Shown piece after piece: positions 39,322-52,993 of a stretch of DNA of 64,000 bases. The notes below the pieces were generated by a model, which saw nothing but the letters and a program-made list of their open reading frames with translations, was not told the DNA's origin and searched no databases. The DNA is from Octopus sinensis (Eukaryota), in contig NC_042998.1 in assembly GCF_006345805.1 (NCBI RefSeq), positions 159,030,001 through 159,094,000 on the forward strand. Reading direction: 5' to 3'. Numbering within the stretch: position 1 is the first letter of the stretch; every line of letters starts with the position of its first letter. Made by a program: the position numbers and the translations under genes.

Positions 39322-39530
39322 GAAGGCGGGCTGGCAGAATCGTTAGCATGCCGGGCGGAATGCTTAGCGGTATTTCATCCGTCTTTAACGTTCTGAGTTC
39401 AAATTCCCTCGAGGTTGACTTTGCCTTCCATCCTTCTGAGATCGATAAAATAATACACTGTTGTCGATGTAATAGAAATTACCTCGCACCACACCCTAGT
39501 TGCTAGCTTTGAACCAAAATTTGTAACCAT
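39322..39530 (+). mobile_element. SINE family A
   Basis: AAGGCGGGCTGGCAGAATCGTTAGC...GTTCTGAGTTCAAATTCC. Confidence 0.8.
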
Positions 39531-41153
39531 TATTAGAAGGAAAATTTTTTCCTACGTAGGTATGATGCTAAAATTCCCGAGGGGTTAAATACAAATAGAT
39601 TATTTATGAATTACAAATAATATAAAAATAGTATCTTGACATTTTCAGGACAAGTTAAATTTTGATATTTTAAAGTTAAGTTAATCCGATATATGAATAC
39701 TATTAATGTGATAAGTAATTAATTTCATGGTGATTGAAAGTGAAGTTTAGACGTAGAGTGTCAACAAATTAAGTGGGGTATCACAGTTTTCCAAGTAATG
39801 ATGATTCTTTGTAAGTTGGGTACACTAAAATTTGAACTAGTAATTAATATGTTTGCATTAATTATGTTAGGATTAGTTTAATATTCATATGCTCAAATAG
39901 TATTTTCGGCGAGATAAAGAATTTGAGTCAGAGATTTCCAAGGATTAAGTTACAGAGACTATGAAAATATGTTAACATAATGTATTTTTGTTAGCCTTAG
40001 GGATCGTGGAAATAAAAAGTTTATAAGTAAAATGTTACGAAATTTCCTGTCAGTAATTAACAGAGTAAGGGAGTAACACTTCAGCTGTATGAATAAAGAA
40101 TATATTTCTAAAATCAATGCTTACCTTCTATGGTGGTGAGCTGGCACAAACCTCCGATATTGGTAGAATGTGTCACATAGAACATGGTTTATTCTTAACG
40201 TTTTGGATAAAATTTTGTATTTTAAAAGTTATTTCGTCAGAAGTTACAGAGTGACAATGGACAAATTCATGTTTGATAAGTGCCAATACACGAAACTCTC
40301 AGCTTTTGACTTACTCTCTAACTTCTGCCGATGATATATATACATTTTAAATATCTGTGTAAAAAATCTCATCATGCTATCGATCCTATGAAAGAGCCTC
40401 TACTTGGTCGCTCCACACGCTAAAAACAGCAGCCAAAGTATTTCCCTACCTAAATCACACGCCCATTGTATGTAATGTCCTACACTATCCATAAAAAGAC
40501 GTTTTGCTGAAGGCTGCAATGTCTTTCATGATAGGTTGGTAGTATCAGGGTTGATTTGAAGATACATAACAACAGCATTGTGGTACATTTCTATATTAAC
40601 ACCTGCACGATTAGTACTTTTCCAGGTTTATAATCTTAAAAAATTGAAATATTATCACGTGGAAAAATTGAAATATTTTCTTTCAGTATTTTATAAGGTA
40701 AAATCTTAACTTATTAATTTACACATTATTAATTATCTTATAACAGCAATACTTAAAATATTGCAGCTAAAATCAAAATTTGAATATAAAAAATTATTTT
40801 ATTATAGTTTACAAATAACACAATACTTATTTAAGTAGAATTTGGCTAATTTACTACCTTAAATACAGAAAAAAGTGACTAATTAGACAAACTTACAAAT
40901 TAGCTGAACAGTTTTGTACAATAAATTTAAAAGATGAGAACTGTAAAGAGTGATAAATTAGAAGAACTGGCATTCTTTGCTGCAATATTTTAACAAAAAA
41001 TTTCTTATTCTTTACTTTACTAAAAGTAATAGTTTGTCCTATATTTTTACAGGTGTAACAAATTGTCCTGTACTTTTCCATGTTTATAATCTTAAGAACA
41101 TTATTTTTCCTGCTCGCATTTTTCCATGTAATATATATATTCCCAAAATGACA

Positions 41154-41198
<45 letters not shown>

Positions 41199-41554
41199 CT
41201 GTTGTTGTTGCTGTTGTTTAGATTCAAGTGAATCCCGATCGAGCAGACCTATGATCAAAGATATTCCATCCATGAACTTCCCATTATTTTCGTATGTGCA
41301 TGGAAACCAAAAGAGCATTATTCGATGTATCCTTCTCTAAGACAGCAAAGGGGCATTTGGTTGTCTTTCTCAGTAATATGAACTATCGCGGAAGAATTTC
41401 CACATTGCTGTTGTTTCAAGGTAATAAATTATAAGAAACGTCTACAAGTGAAATAAACTATAAAGGTCTTTATTTATAACACAAAGAAGGTTGATACACT
41501 TAAATATATCATAGAAGCTATTGCAGTCAATATTATGGACAAAAATTGAAGTCG

Positions 41555-41740
41555 GAGAGCTGGTAAAATCGTTCACTACTCTTGGCTAAATCCTTAGAAG
41601 CATTTCTTCCGTCTTTACTTTCTGAGTTCGAATTCCGCTGAAGTCGACTTTGCCTTTCATCCTATCTGCGTCGATAAAATAAATACCAGTTGATCACTGT
41701 GGTCGAGATAATCGACTTGCACCCCACCCAACCCCACTCC
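41555..41740 (+). mobile_element. SINE family A, diverged
   Basis: GAGCTGGTAAAATCGTT...GAGTTCGAATTCCGCTGAAGTCGACTTTGCCTTTCATCC. Confidence 0.75.
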
Positions 41741-43491
41741 CGAAATAAAAGGTTTTAAAGGGTTTTTACTTAAAAATAAAGAATTGTTGGTATGACAGAA
41801 AGTTTTGCCGTAAATATGTTTAAAAATATGCGGCCCTTGTGTTAACATATACGCGAACAATGCGACCCGTACTGACTCTGTAGTTTGAAATGCCTGGTCA
41901 AAAGAGACGTTATTTGAGTCAATGGAACCGGAAACACTGTATTAGAACTGGATGTCAATAAAATTAAAACCCAATTGATTAGAATTAGCAAAATTATGCG
42001 TAAAAGTTGATGAATAGTTTTTATCAAAACTACTACTTAATTTACACATTCAATTCTGTTTTATGTTTCTCCCCAACAGCTAACAAAATATTAAATATTA
42101 TACAAAATACCCTCGTTTTTACCTCCAATGATAATTTTCCCAAGTTATACTCTTTAGTTTTAAGACGACAGCTATTTGGCTACTCAATTTGATAAATTTC
42201 CAATATAGTAGAATCTTCCTTTATTAAGAGTGCTTTTGCATCCGGTTTTCTGAAGCGTGAGTGGAGTATCATAGTTCAAATGTTCCGCTGATGATTTTAA
42301 TTCGGTGTTACGTATGTGTCATCTTTTATCAGGGCATCTATTAGGGTTGTCGACATTGTTGAATGAGCATCAGAACAGCTATACTGAAAACAAATCTACA
42401 TCGAACAAGAAAAAGATGAAAACAATAGTTTAATCATCAGACAGAGGGCGGATGGCATACACATATCTTAATTATTGTAATGCTAATGCAAGAAGTAGAA
42501 TCAGTTGCATACGTGAGTATGTGTCTACTCTTATTTCTAAATTCGATTGGGATAACATCAATGCACCGTAGAAGTACATGAATTCCATCAGTTTTGGATC
42601 AGTTTTATAAACATTCACACGAGGTTGCGAATGCATGAAACATTGCTTTTTATAAAAGTAATGAAAATAAGTTAAAGTGAGAAAAGTGTAGTGAAAAGAA
42701 AGCAAAATACAGAGTAACAAGGGAAAAAAGGAAAGAAACCGGCCCCAAAGCTTATAAAAACTCCCAAATAACTGTTTTCAACAGATGCAGAGGAATTTTA
42801 TGAATGGCTAGATCGCCGAAATGCAACGAAACCTTTTGATACTTCATACTAGACTGTAGCATCAAGAAATAAATGAAAAGTGAATATAATAGATTTTTGT
42901 GAGTTCTTAAATAGCAAAAATGATTCATCCTCGACGTAATTGTCACAGATATACACACATATACGCGTGTATATGTGTGTGTGTTTGTTTGTTTGTATGT
43001 GTGTGAGAGAGAGAAAGAAAGAGAGAGAGGGAAGAAAGAGAGAGAGAGAGAGAGAGAGAGAAAGAAAGAAAGAGAGAGAGAGAAAGAAAGAGAGAGATCA
43101 TTTTGAGTAAACCAAAGTTTATATGGAAAAGGTTCCAGCAATAGATTACTATTTTATCTGTGAGATTATCACTTTCGCAAGAAATCTACAGTTTTCTACA
43201 GACAGTATGAGTTATTTAATATACTGAGATGAAAGAACAACTTTTATCTTCATCCCTCGGTGTAACGTATTCTATTCACAGCTTTACTGCTACAAGTAAT
43301 AGAAACTGAGTAGGTTTTTAATCACTGAATAAGACCAAAATTTCCCACAACTTCATCTAACTAATTGAATAATAACAACAGCATAGCAGTATTCTCTTCG
43401 TCATAATCATCATCCTCATCTTCATCATCAGCAGCAGTATTTTAATCATTGTCCTCATCAATATTGTTGTCAACGCTGTCGTTGCCGTCGA

Positions 43492-43529
<38 letters not shown>

Positions 43530-44383
43530 CCACCACCATCATCGCCATCATTATCATCGTCGTCGTCGTCGTCCCCATCATCATCAACATCACTACAATC
43601 TTCTTTATTCTCTCTTTCCACTGATCTCATTAAATCTTCATGTCATTTATCATCTCTCATCTACATTGGCTGTTAAAACGCCCGGCCATTTCCTGACCCA
43701 CATTTGGTCTTTCAATTAATAAATATTCTTGAAAGCCAGAAAGCTAAGATATACTTGCAGCCTGATATTTGAAGTAGTTGTTTTGATAGTAATGCTGATG
43801 GGGATGGTGACGCTGGACTCAATTTTTTCTTTAGATTAATGTTAAGTATTGCCTTGACGCACATTAAGAGAGAGAAAACTCTCTAAATTAACTTTTTGCC
43901 CTCTCATTACATTTAACACTTATACTTACTTTATAGTTACTGAAGTTAGAGGGAAACTGTCCAGCTATTTTTTTCCTACTCCTCTTCCTGGTAACACACA
44001 CACACACACACACACACAATCGTGGCATAAGCACACACTGTATTCTTAAATATATAAAAGATAATGAAATTTTGAGACGTCCAAGTAAATTAGTAGCAGG
44101 AGGTAAGTTAAATATCTTCAACCGAGAATCCAAATACAATAGTTTCTCCTGCAGCATTTCCCTTGCAGGAAGATTAATTCAGGAACCAATGAGTGCGCAT
44201 CTGCACTGTCACTCGAAATAACAGTAATTTTTCGCTCAGATCCAACAAACATTACTCTCTCAAAGCTGGAACGCCTTTCATCATATGCCTGCTTGTTCAG
44301 AGGTCATTTGGGACTTAAAAGTAACAACGACAACAAATTTACTTTACCGAGCCTTTATAGAGCACTTGTTAATATAACCAAAC

Positions 44384-44660
44384 GTCGGCGGAATTTGAAC
44401 TCAGAACATAAACACTGATGAAATGCCGCTAAGTATTTTTGCCCGGCGTTCTATCGATAGCACGCCAGGCAAAATAATTAGCGGCATTTTATCTGTCTTT
44501 AAGTTCTGAGTTCAAATCCCACCGAAGTCGACTTTGCCTTTCATCCTTTCGGAGTTGATAAAATAAGCACCAGTTGAGTACTGTAGTTCATCTAATCAAC
44601 TAGTCCCCTCCAACGAAATGGCTGACCTTGTGCCAAAATTTAAAACCAATATAACCGAAC
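44384..44660. mobile_element. Head-to-head family A SINE fragments centred on CTATCGATAG
   Basis: Minus-strand fragment 44384-44460 and plus-strand copy 44451-44660 overlap in a 10-bp palindrome. Confidence 0.75.
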
Positions 44661-44822
44661 AGAATTTCCTTTCTCGTTTATATTTTTCATATAAAAGAGT
44701 ATGTAGATGTAAATACGGGTACACATCTCCTACATAAGGAAAACAACATGTACACATATATGTCCCCCTCCTTCTATTGAATTATAACCAATAAACTATA
44801 AGTTTGAAGGTAAACTAATTTT

Positions 44823-45124
44823 CCATCTGAGACCCCCTTCGGTCACGACACAGACCATGGGATTGCACCTAAAAAGTTACCCTCCCAGGCACAAGTCCGG
44901 GCAAGATTGTTTATGGAAGACCAGCAGTCGCCCATGCATACCGGCCTCCCGATAGAGCTTGGCACCTGTGACGTCGCAACTCATTTCTATAGCTGCGTGA
45001 AATGGAGCAACGTGAAATAAAGTGTCTTGCTCAAGAACACAACACGCAGCCCTGTCCGGCATTCGAACTCACAACCTCACGATTGTAAGCTCGACGTTCT
45101 AACCACTGAGCCATGCGCCTTCAC
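44823..45124 (-). mobile_element. CORE-like SINE (family E head, different 3' half) with 11-bp TSD
   Basis: Head is the reverse complement of GTGAAGGCGCATGGCTCAGTGGTTAG; TSD AAACTAATTTT at 44812-44822 and 45125-45135. Confidence 0.85.
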
Positions 45125-47520
45125 AAACTAATTTTTCAGTAATATCTTATACTAGTAGATTCGATAAAAACCAAAAGTGTTGTTGGCGACGTTGTTAGTT
45201 TATATATGCTATATATACGTTTTCATACCTGCTGCAGGTATATTGTTATATTTGTAGTGTTCTTTTATCCTTTCGGGGTCGATTAAATAAGAACCAGTTA
45301 CGCACTGGTTCGATGTAATCGATTTAATCCTTTTGTCTGTCCTTGTTTGTTCCCTCTATGTTTAGCCCCCTGTAGGCAATAAAGAAATATACATTTGTAG
45401 TGTTGTGTGTGATAAGCTGTCAAATGTACTGCAGAATTGTTGTAGATATGAATCAGATGTCAGATCTAGTAAAGATCCGTTTTCAATTGTTATAGGTATG
45501 TTGTAAACGTGTTGTATGTTTCGTGCCAGATCTCTTATTATGTATGTTGTAGCTATATCAGGCATCGATTGTCGAGCCTGTTGTGAATTCGTTGTAAATA
45601 TTTTGTAAATATGATCCCAGTTATGTAGCATCATCTATTCAAGATATGTGCAGATATAAAGTCACTATATAGTAGATATGTTGTAATGTCTTGTTTAGGT
45701 TAAAATGTATGTTACCTGGTAGATACACACTTAATTCGCAACCACGACTCGAAGCCTCGGTTTGCATGTTAGTTTCCATTATTCTCGAAATCTGTACTCA
45801 GAATTTATTTGTGCCACCTGCCAAATTCGTCACCATTTTGGGTAAAACAGAGTCCACTTTATGTAGCTCATCAAATTCTATTCAAATTTAGGCAGCCATA
45901 AATTCATGTTACTTTTTAACACCTTCACTGAGATTTAGTTTTTCACACACACCTACACTAAGTTTATTCGTGCGGGGAGCTTTACATCATTACCTTCCTC
46001 CTTTCATAGAACCTAGCTGCAGACAGCTATAACTACCTACAAACGAGAGATTCTTAATAAAAACTGAGTGATATTTGTATTTAACTTGTATTTAATGCGT
46101 CGTAGTTGTGAAAACTTCGTAAAGATTGAATAAAATCTGTATAAGTATAAACAATTTTTATTTTATCAATTCATTTTAATACATCTCCATCTGTCATGCG
46201 TAACTTTCCCCAAACTTCTTTAAAATTATACTCGATACATAAGTGTTACCGTATATATTATCAGAAATGTTGTTATGTCTGTTATAAATATATTGTTAAA
46301 TTTCTTTTAGTATCTCGTCAAATCTTTTTTTAATCCAGTTGCTAAACCCGTAGCAGAATACCAGATCTGAAATTGTTACGATCAGCAGACAAGCGTCAGT
46401 TTGCAAACTTCCATTCTCATCCGTTTATTATCACACTATTACGTAGATGTATCAAAGCTTTATGAGCTCCAAAACTTTAGCATAATAGAGAAAGATTCAC
46501 AGCCTTGCTTTAATTTAAGGTTGTAGCTACTTCAGATTAGATTAAAAACAATCTCATTGCTCTCTCTCCCGTCCAATATAAAATCTGACCTTTCATAGAT
46601 ACATAAAAAATTACTAAGATAAAAATTGATAAGAAATTGTTTATATAAATCTTCCTATCCTTTCATATGGAATAATATACAGCATTTATACCAACCATAT
46701 ATCGTTGTTAGAGACTGTGTAGATAAGAACATTACTGTATATTGAAATAAATATTCGAGATCAAATCTTCTTTGTGTATATACACTCAATAAGATAGTTG
46801 ACGGATTTCAGGGATTAAGTTCACAAAGTAAATTTAATTACGCTGCTATGAAAGAAGGGAATCTAAAATTTCGTACATGGCTTTTCTTCGGATGGAAATG
46901 AAAAGTTTCCTGTAAATGTCTTTGATATTTTCAAATTAATGATCTTACTGAAAATGGTTAGAATTTACTGCAATGATTCGAAGAACATTTATTAACTATG
47001 GCAACTCTTGTATAAAAGGAGTGAAAACTAAATAAACTTGCATAAATAAAAACATATGTATCACTATTTGTAGTGTGAATGACAAGGGGCTGAGTCTATG
47101 AATTTGTAGAATATAATTTGTATTGCAATTCGAAGGGAAATTTTGATATGGAACGATAGAGTTCATTGTTTTATACAGTTGGGTATTCTATAATATCACA
47201 TTGCTGGTACTGAGCTTTGTAATCTTAACTACGACCGAAACATGTTTTTGTCGTTTCTGTTAGCTCTAAGTCAATCTTGATCTAGTATACGTATGATCAA
47301 AAACATTCAAATCATGACCGGCTTTGTGGTTGCTTTTTTCATCAATCAGTATACATTATCTTCCTTTTTGTTAAAGTTTGAGTGCCTATTTGGTTGCTAT
47401 TTCCTGTGTAACCGATTTGTGGCTCAATATGTGAGATGGTTATTTATTTGATCGTCATAACGAAAAATAAATATACATCGAATAACTGCTTGAGTCAGTG
47501 AGTGAGCATGCGGTTAAGAT

Positions 47521-47791
47521 TACTGGAATAATGCTTCCGCTTTACAGCTCTTCAATATCCTCCCACAAAGCCCGGGAGACCTGCATGGCGTGAATATAAG
47601 CTTCTGCAAAACAAAACTGGATCTCCTTCTGTCAAGAGTTCCGGATGAACCTACCTGAAGGCAAGAAACACAGGTGAGGACCACAACATCAAACTCTCTC
47701 ACCTACCAAATGTCACACCTCGGAGGAGGTTTAGTGAAAGTTTAGCGGGCTAGAAGGCGATATCTCAGCATGGCCGCAGTCCTCAGACTGA

Positions 47792-47798
<7 letters not shown>
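47521..47798 (+). mobile_element. 3' end of a non-LTR retrotransposon (CR1-group-like ORF2 C-terminus + 3' UTR)
   Basis: YWNNASALQLFNILPQSPGDLHGVNISFCKTKLDLLLSRVPDEPT*..SNSLTYQ; the 3' UTR matches the family B SINE tail at 35/45 nt. Confidence 0.7.
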
Positions 47799-47850
<52 letters not shown>

Positions 47851-47867
47851 GAGAGAGAGAGAGATAT

Positions 47868-47926
<59 letters not shown>

Positions 47927-47932
47927 CATATT

Positions 47933-47971
<39 letters not shown>

Positions 47972-49196
47972 TAGATAGATAGATAGATAGATAGACAGAC
48001 ATATAAAGAAAGAGAAAAAGAGAGAGAAACGAAGAAATAGACGGGTTAACAGAGCTGAACTTTGTTTTCTTGTCTGACACTCTAATGATTCTTCCAGCCC
48101 ACCACTCTTCTCTATTTATAAATTATTATCATTCGTTTAATTGGAGGTAATAAATTGTAATCTTCCGACGTTGACAGACGGTCTTGTTGCCACTTTCGTA
48201 ATAACATCAACAACGACAGCAGCAGCAACAACAACGTTAGTGAGAAGTACTCAAACTAAGTCATTTTAACTGGTTTATTGGTACCACCATAATTCAAATG
48301 ACTACATTTACAACATAAGGGGCTTCCTAGACTAAGAAAACTAATTTGCTATCTCTTCATCTATCATTTTCTGGGTTTAATTGACTCAACATTTCGAGCT
48401 ATAATATTGTTAATCAGAAAATTCAATAACGCCATCATCTTTATTTAATACTTCAATAAATCATATAAAATATAGTATCTTAATACACTTAGTACGCAAT
48501 GTAGGAACAATGAATTTCTATGATACAATGAATATGCCAGGTTCTCCTTTAAGAATATAATTGCTTCTCATTGGTTTCTTCATCTGAATATTATGCTGGC
48601 CATCTGCGTGTAGGATAACATACTCCATGATGTTTCTATGAAATATAGTAGACGCTATGTTTATGAAAAAGACAGTAATGTTATTGAACAATTATTCTGA
48701 TTTTATTTGGTTTGAAAACTTAGATCATATTGATTATTTAGGAAGAGGAGTGTAGATTTCCCACACTCTGGAGATGCTATTTAATTTAGTTAGGATTCGA
48801 ACCGAGGTATTGTGAAGTCTATGTATAGTAACGTGAAGGTTTAGTATCCTTAACTGTTTCTCCTATCAAGCTAAAATTATTTGGTATTAAATATTTCTAA
48901 TTTTAGCACAAGACCACAATTTCTTGTGAGTGTTTACCGTCGATTAAACCAACCTTAATATTCGGGTACCTTATTTTAAATATTTTGAAAGCAGTTGGAA
49001 GAAAGAAAGACAAAGTTGATTCCGGAAGAATTCGATCCGAAAATGCAAAGTGAAATATCTACATATGGCATGGTAATTTTTCTAATTCTGTCGATCTGTG
49101 ACCTAATTCACGTAAGCACCGCACTAAATCACTATCACTGTTTTGTTAGGTTTTTAACTGGCACAATTCGCCTTGATTCAACAGAGATAAGATAAG

Positions 49197-49751
49197 GGAT
49201 CTTTACCTTTTGACTGACAGATTTAAAAAAGAAGTTTCTGTATCTAAACACTTTCAAACTTCGTATACTGGTAGAATGTGTCACATCTGAAGCATGTTTA
49301 CTTCATGGCACCACCATAATCGTTCGTGCTTCATTTTTCATTTTTTTTCTCTAACCCTAAAGCACCAACCCTACCCCTACCCCTACCCCTGCCCCTAAAA
49401 TTTAACCCTAACCCTAACTCTAAACTCTTAACCCTAGCCCTAACCCTAAAACCCTAACCCTAAAACCCTAACCCTAAAACCCTAACCTTAAAATCCTAAC
49501 CCTAAAACCTTAAAGCTAAAACCCGTACAAACGCACGAACAATGTCATAAATAACAATGACGAATGAAATATACACCATCGATAGTTGTTGTTGACAAAC
49601 AACAGCAGTAATTTTATTCAGCTGAATACACGTCATTGATTGGTTGAAATTACCGAAATATGACAACTTTAACTAGAGATATAACTTTGTTTCAAAGTAT
49701 TTAGTTACAAAAAAATTATTTTAAAATCTGTCGGTCAAAAGGTAAAGATCC
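49197..49751. mobile_element. MITE with ~60-bp TIRs and internal telomere-like repeats
   Basis: GGATCTTTACCTTTTGACTGACAGATTT / AAATCTGTCGGTCAAAAGGTAAAGATCC; TSD not resolved. Confidence 0.8.
49351..49524. repeat. Degenerate (CCCTAA)n / (CCCTAAAA)n interstitial telomere-like array
   Basis: AACCCTAACCCTAA, AAAACCCTAACCCT and CCCCTA variants. Confidence 0.85.
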
Positions 49752-50149
49752 AAAATAATTCACTACTCGGGTCGGTTTAATCCCATCCTTAAAATGTGTG
49801 TGTGTATGTGTGTGCATGCGTGCGTACGTACGTGTGGCCTTCTCTCAGTATTAGAAATCAAAATTGAAATACTTTCTTGGAATTGCTGCTGCCTTACATT
49901 GATATCGGAATCTTGGTTTGAACCTCATGCTCCGTTAAATAAATTAGTTTCTCGTGAAAGTTTTCTACTTTTGTTTTTAATTTTTTAGATCCTTTTTTTA
50001 AATTTGAATTATTGCTGAAAACTTTCTACAGATTGTGTAGTAAGTTTGGTTAAACAACGCAAAGGATTTAGCCCTGCACTTCACAAAATGACGAAAACAG
50101 AAGAATTTCTTGGCGCCCTTTCGAGTCCTTATAAAATATTTGTTTGAAA

Positions 50150-51590
50150 AGCCATTCATGACGATTAAAATTGTTATGATTTTACGTAAATAGCTTTAAA
50201 ATTTAGACTAATCGTACACTGAAGAGTGCTCCGTTGTATGTTAAACAAGCTGATTATACGCACTTTTGAAAATCTCTTGCAATTGCTCCAAGGGGTCCTA
50301 AAATGTCCTTTGTAGTATTCTAGCAAGTTTTCATCTGGCTATATACTCAGTCCACTCGCATAAACAGAATCTGCGCTTCTTATCAACCCAGCATTCACGC
50401 TGCGGATAAGCACAATCAGTCATCGATCACTGGACAAAATTCCTTGCAACATTTTATATATCAATGAGTGATATATATCACACCTAGGTCTTCTAAGCCT
50501 GTATTTCTTCCGCAATTCTGCACTGCGTGGGACTGAATCAGTTACAATTTTCTTTATAATTTTTGTGACCACGTCGGCCCTTGTTGATTGTGTCCCCCTT
50601 GATTACGTTTTCTCTTTAGGTGCTTCTCCACTTCCTCCCTGTACATCTTGACTCTGGTAATTCCACAGTCCTCCGGGATAATTCCTTAACTATACAAAAC
50701 TTGTATGGGGTAACGCCCTTTGGATAGTTGACGTGAAAAATGGTATATCAGAGAATTTTTGCTTAAATTTTATCACATTTCCATCATTGTATTTTCATCC
50801 CATCCCTGCTCGATTAGCAGAGGTGGGATCAAAATACTACGGTGGGGTCGTTCACGTGCATTTCCTATACTGGTTCTATTGCATCATTCGATCAGCTATG
50901 AAGATAATTTCATGTCGATTGGAGTTGGTTCCTCATCGCATGACATGGGCTCCCTTTCATAAGATGCAGGCCCTGCCTCGCGATAGAAGTGCTCATCTAT
51001 GCAGGAGATTGGATCTCTTGCATAGATGGGATCATCGGCGAAGAGAGCCTCTTCTACAAGAAACGTGTTATTACGAATTGTTATTGTTCCTTTTTCTTCG
51101 AATGCTTTCTTTGAATCTGTTATGATTCCTGGAAAAAGTTTGCCGAAGTTTGGTCTCCATCCTCATAAGTAAATGGGACGATACTGCTGCGATTGGGTGC
51201 TCCTTGGCCGTTTAATTCCCGCATATTTTGTTGATGCTGTTGATGACTTTCATTGTCTCTGCTAAGTAAGGTTGGCAAATGTATTACTTCTTAGAAATAA
51301 GGATAAGGGATTTGTGTTTCATGTCGCCTTAGGCCCATAGATCTGCATGGGCTGTCCTTCTTTTCATTGTTTTTTATCTTTTAGGCTTTTCGGACAAAAA
51401 GCCTTTAAATGGGTTTTACTTCCACATAAAAATCTGGAAAATCTGCTTTGGATGCTGACTTTGACGGTGTTCTTAGTAGACCGTGGCATTGTTTTCTGAT
51501 TTTGTGGGGTTACGAGGACTTTTATAACCACAGTAGATTCACCGAACCACCTATCGCTAAATGTTAAGTCAGAACTGACCATCTTACTCT
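50150..51590 (-). pseudogene. 5' part of an L1/Tx1-like LINE (ORF1 with CCHC-like knuckle, start of endonuclease)
   Basis: RFLCGSKTHLKAFC (CX2CX4HX4C with the first C lost) near 51390-51430; long stop-interrupted frame 50530-51300; weak AP-endonuclease-like residues downstream. Confidence 0.4.
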
Positions 51591-52953
51591 ACTGTGTTAC
51601 AAAAGTAGTGATTAGCCGAGGGTCGACGTCGTCATCTATCATTGACAGAGACTCTTAAATTTCTTCTCACAAAATATTTTGAAAATAATTGACATATGTG
51701 TTTCTCATAATCTGTGTTGACCACTTAACATTGTTCTCTTAAATATATAATGTATAGTGTCATACGCCCTCCATTTCTCAATAATGGAGATTTCCCTCAA
51801 AATATCTGCCAGAACTGTCTTAAAATCTGTGAATAGAACAAAGGAAGTTTCCCGTGGCTTTGTCAAAGGTTATCTCCTCCCCTCACGTAGCTCTTTGATG
51901 TATTTTAGAAGACTGACGCTTGTCATGTGAAGAAAATTCTGCCAAGCTTTCGGTTTATTTTCAGCTAAGTTTTCCGTATTCAGATGTTTCTATTCAAAAT
52001 GACATTTCATTTTTCTGGCCATTTCGGTTTGATGTTATACGTGTATGTACACTGCTGTCGTTGTTAAACATGTCTGTTATGCTGTTTATATTTTCTGCTA
52101 GCTTGTTATTTTTCACTTCCTGTCATCTTTTTTGTATGATCATTATTTATTTTACTTTTTTCTAGTTGTTTTGCTTTGTTTAATGTATTTTTCCTTTGTG
52201 GTGTATCCTGAAAGAGAAGCCATTTTACGCTTAGCTTTAAGAGGTAAAAGGTAATAGACATATTTTAGAAAACCATCCAGGCAGGGGCTGACGTTCTAAA
52301 AAGGCCAATAATGAATCCCATGAGAAATAAAATCCAAAATAGAAATTACTTCTGGTTATACTTAAAAATCGCCGAGCAACGTTTTTAATGCCTGGCTGTC
52401 AGAAGCCCAAAATATTTCTGAATTAGACACAAGACCAACAAATTCAAGAGGAGCGGATTAGTCGATGAAACTGATTTTAGTACTTGACTAATACTTCCTC
52501 GATCCCGAAAGAGTGAAAACTAAAGCTAACATTAGTGAGATTTGAGCTAAGAACGGAAAGAACCTATACTACATACAGCTATACATTATTTCCGATGCTT
52601 TAACACGTCTACAAATCTACTAAGCTCGTAATAGTAATATTTTCAGATAAAGAAATGAAAAATAGTAATATTTTCTGTAAATATAATGAACATAAAAAGA
52701 TATTTTATTGTAAGTGGTTAAGTAAAGGCAATGGCAGGCAGAATTCAATGATAAAGACTATACTAAATACCTGGCATATTTAGCTACGTGCCAAATTCAA
52801 ATAGTTCTAGGTTACAGCTTTATTTCCTTCCTCAGTTATGAAGAGGAGCTTTCGTTAATTTGTGCATAACTTGAACCACCTACCATCTATGAATGTGCAT
52901 AGGCTAGTGCCAATATAAAAAAAATCAATATCTAGTTTGTCCTTATTCAATGA

Positions 52954-52993
<40 letters not shown>

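Noticed and set aside
48518-48654. Possible minus-strand terminal exon (STIFHRNIMEYVILHADGQ...IFIVS*)
   Set aside because: 44 codons, modest acceptor, no recognisable family; not distinguishable from chance without expression data.
49351-49524. True telomere or chromosome-fusion scar
   Set aside because: Repeats are degenerate, in a single orientation, and enclosed by MITE TIRs.
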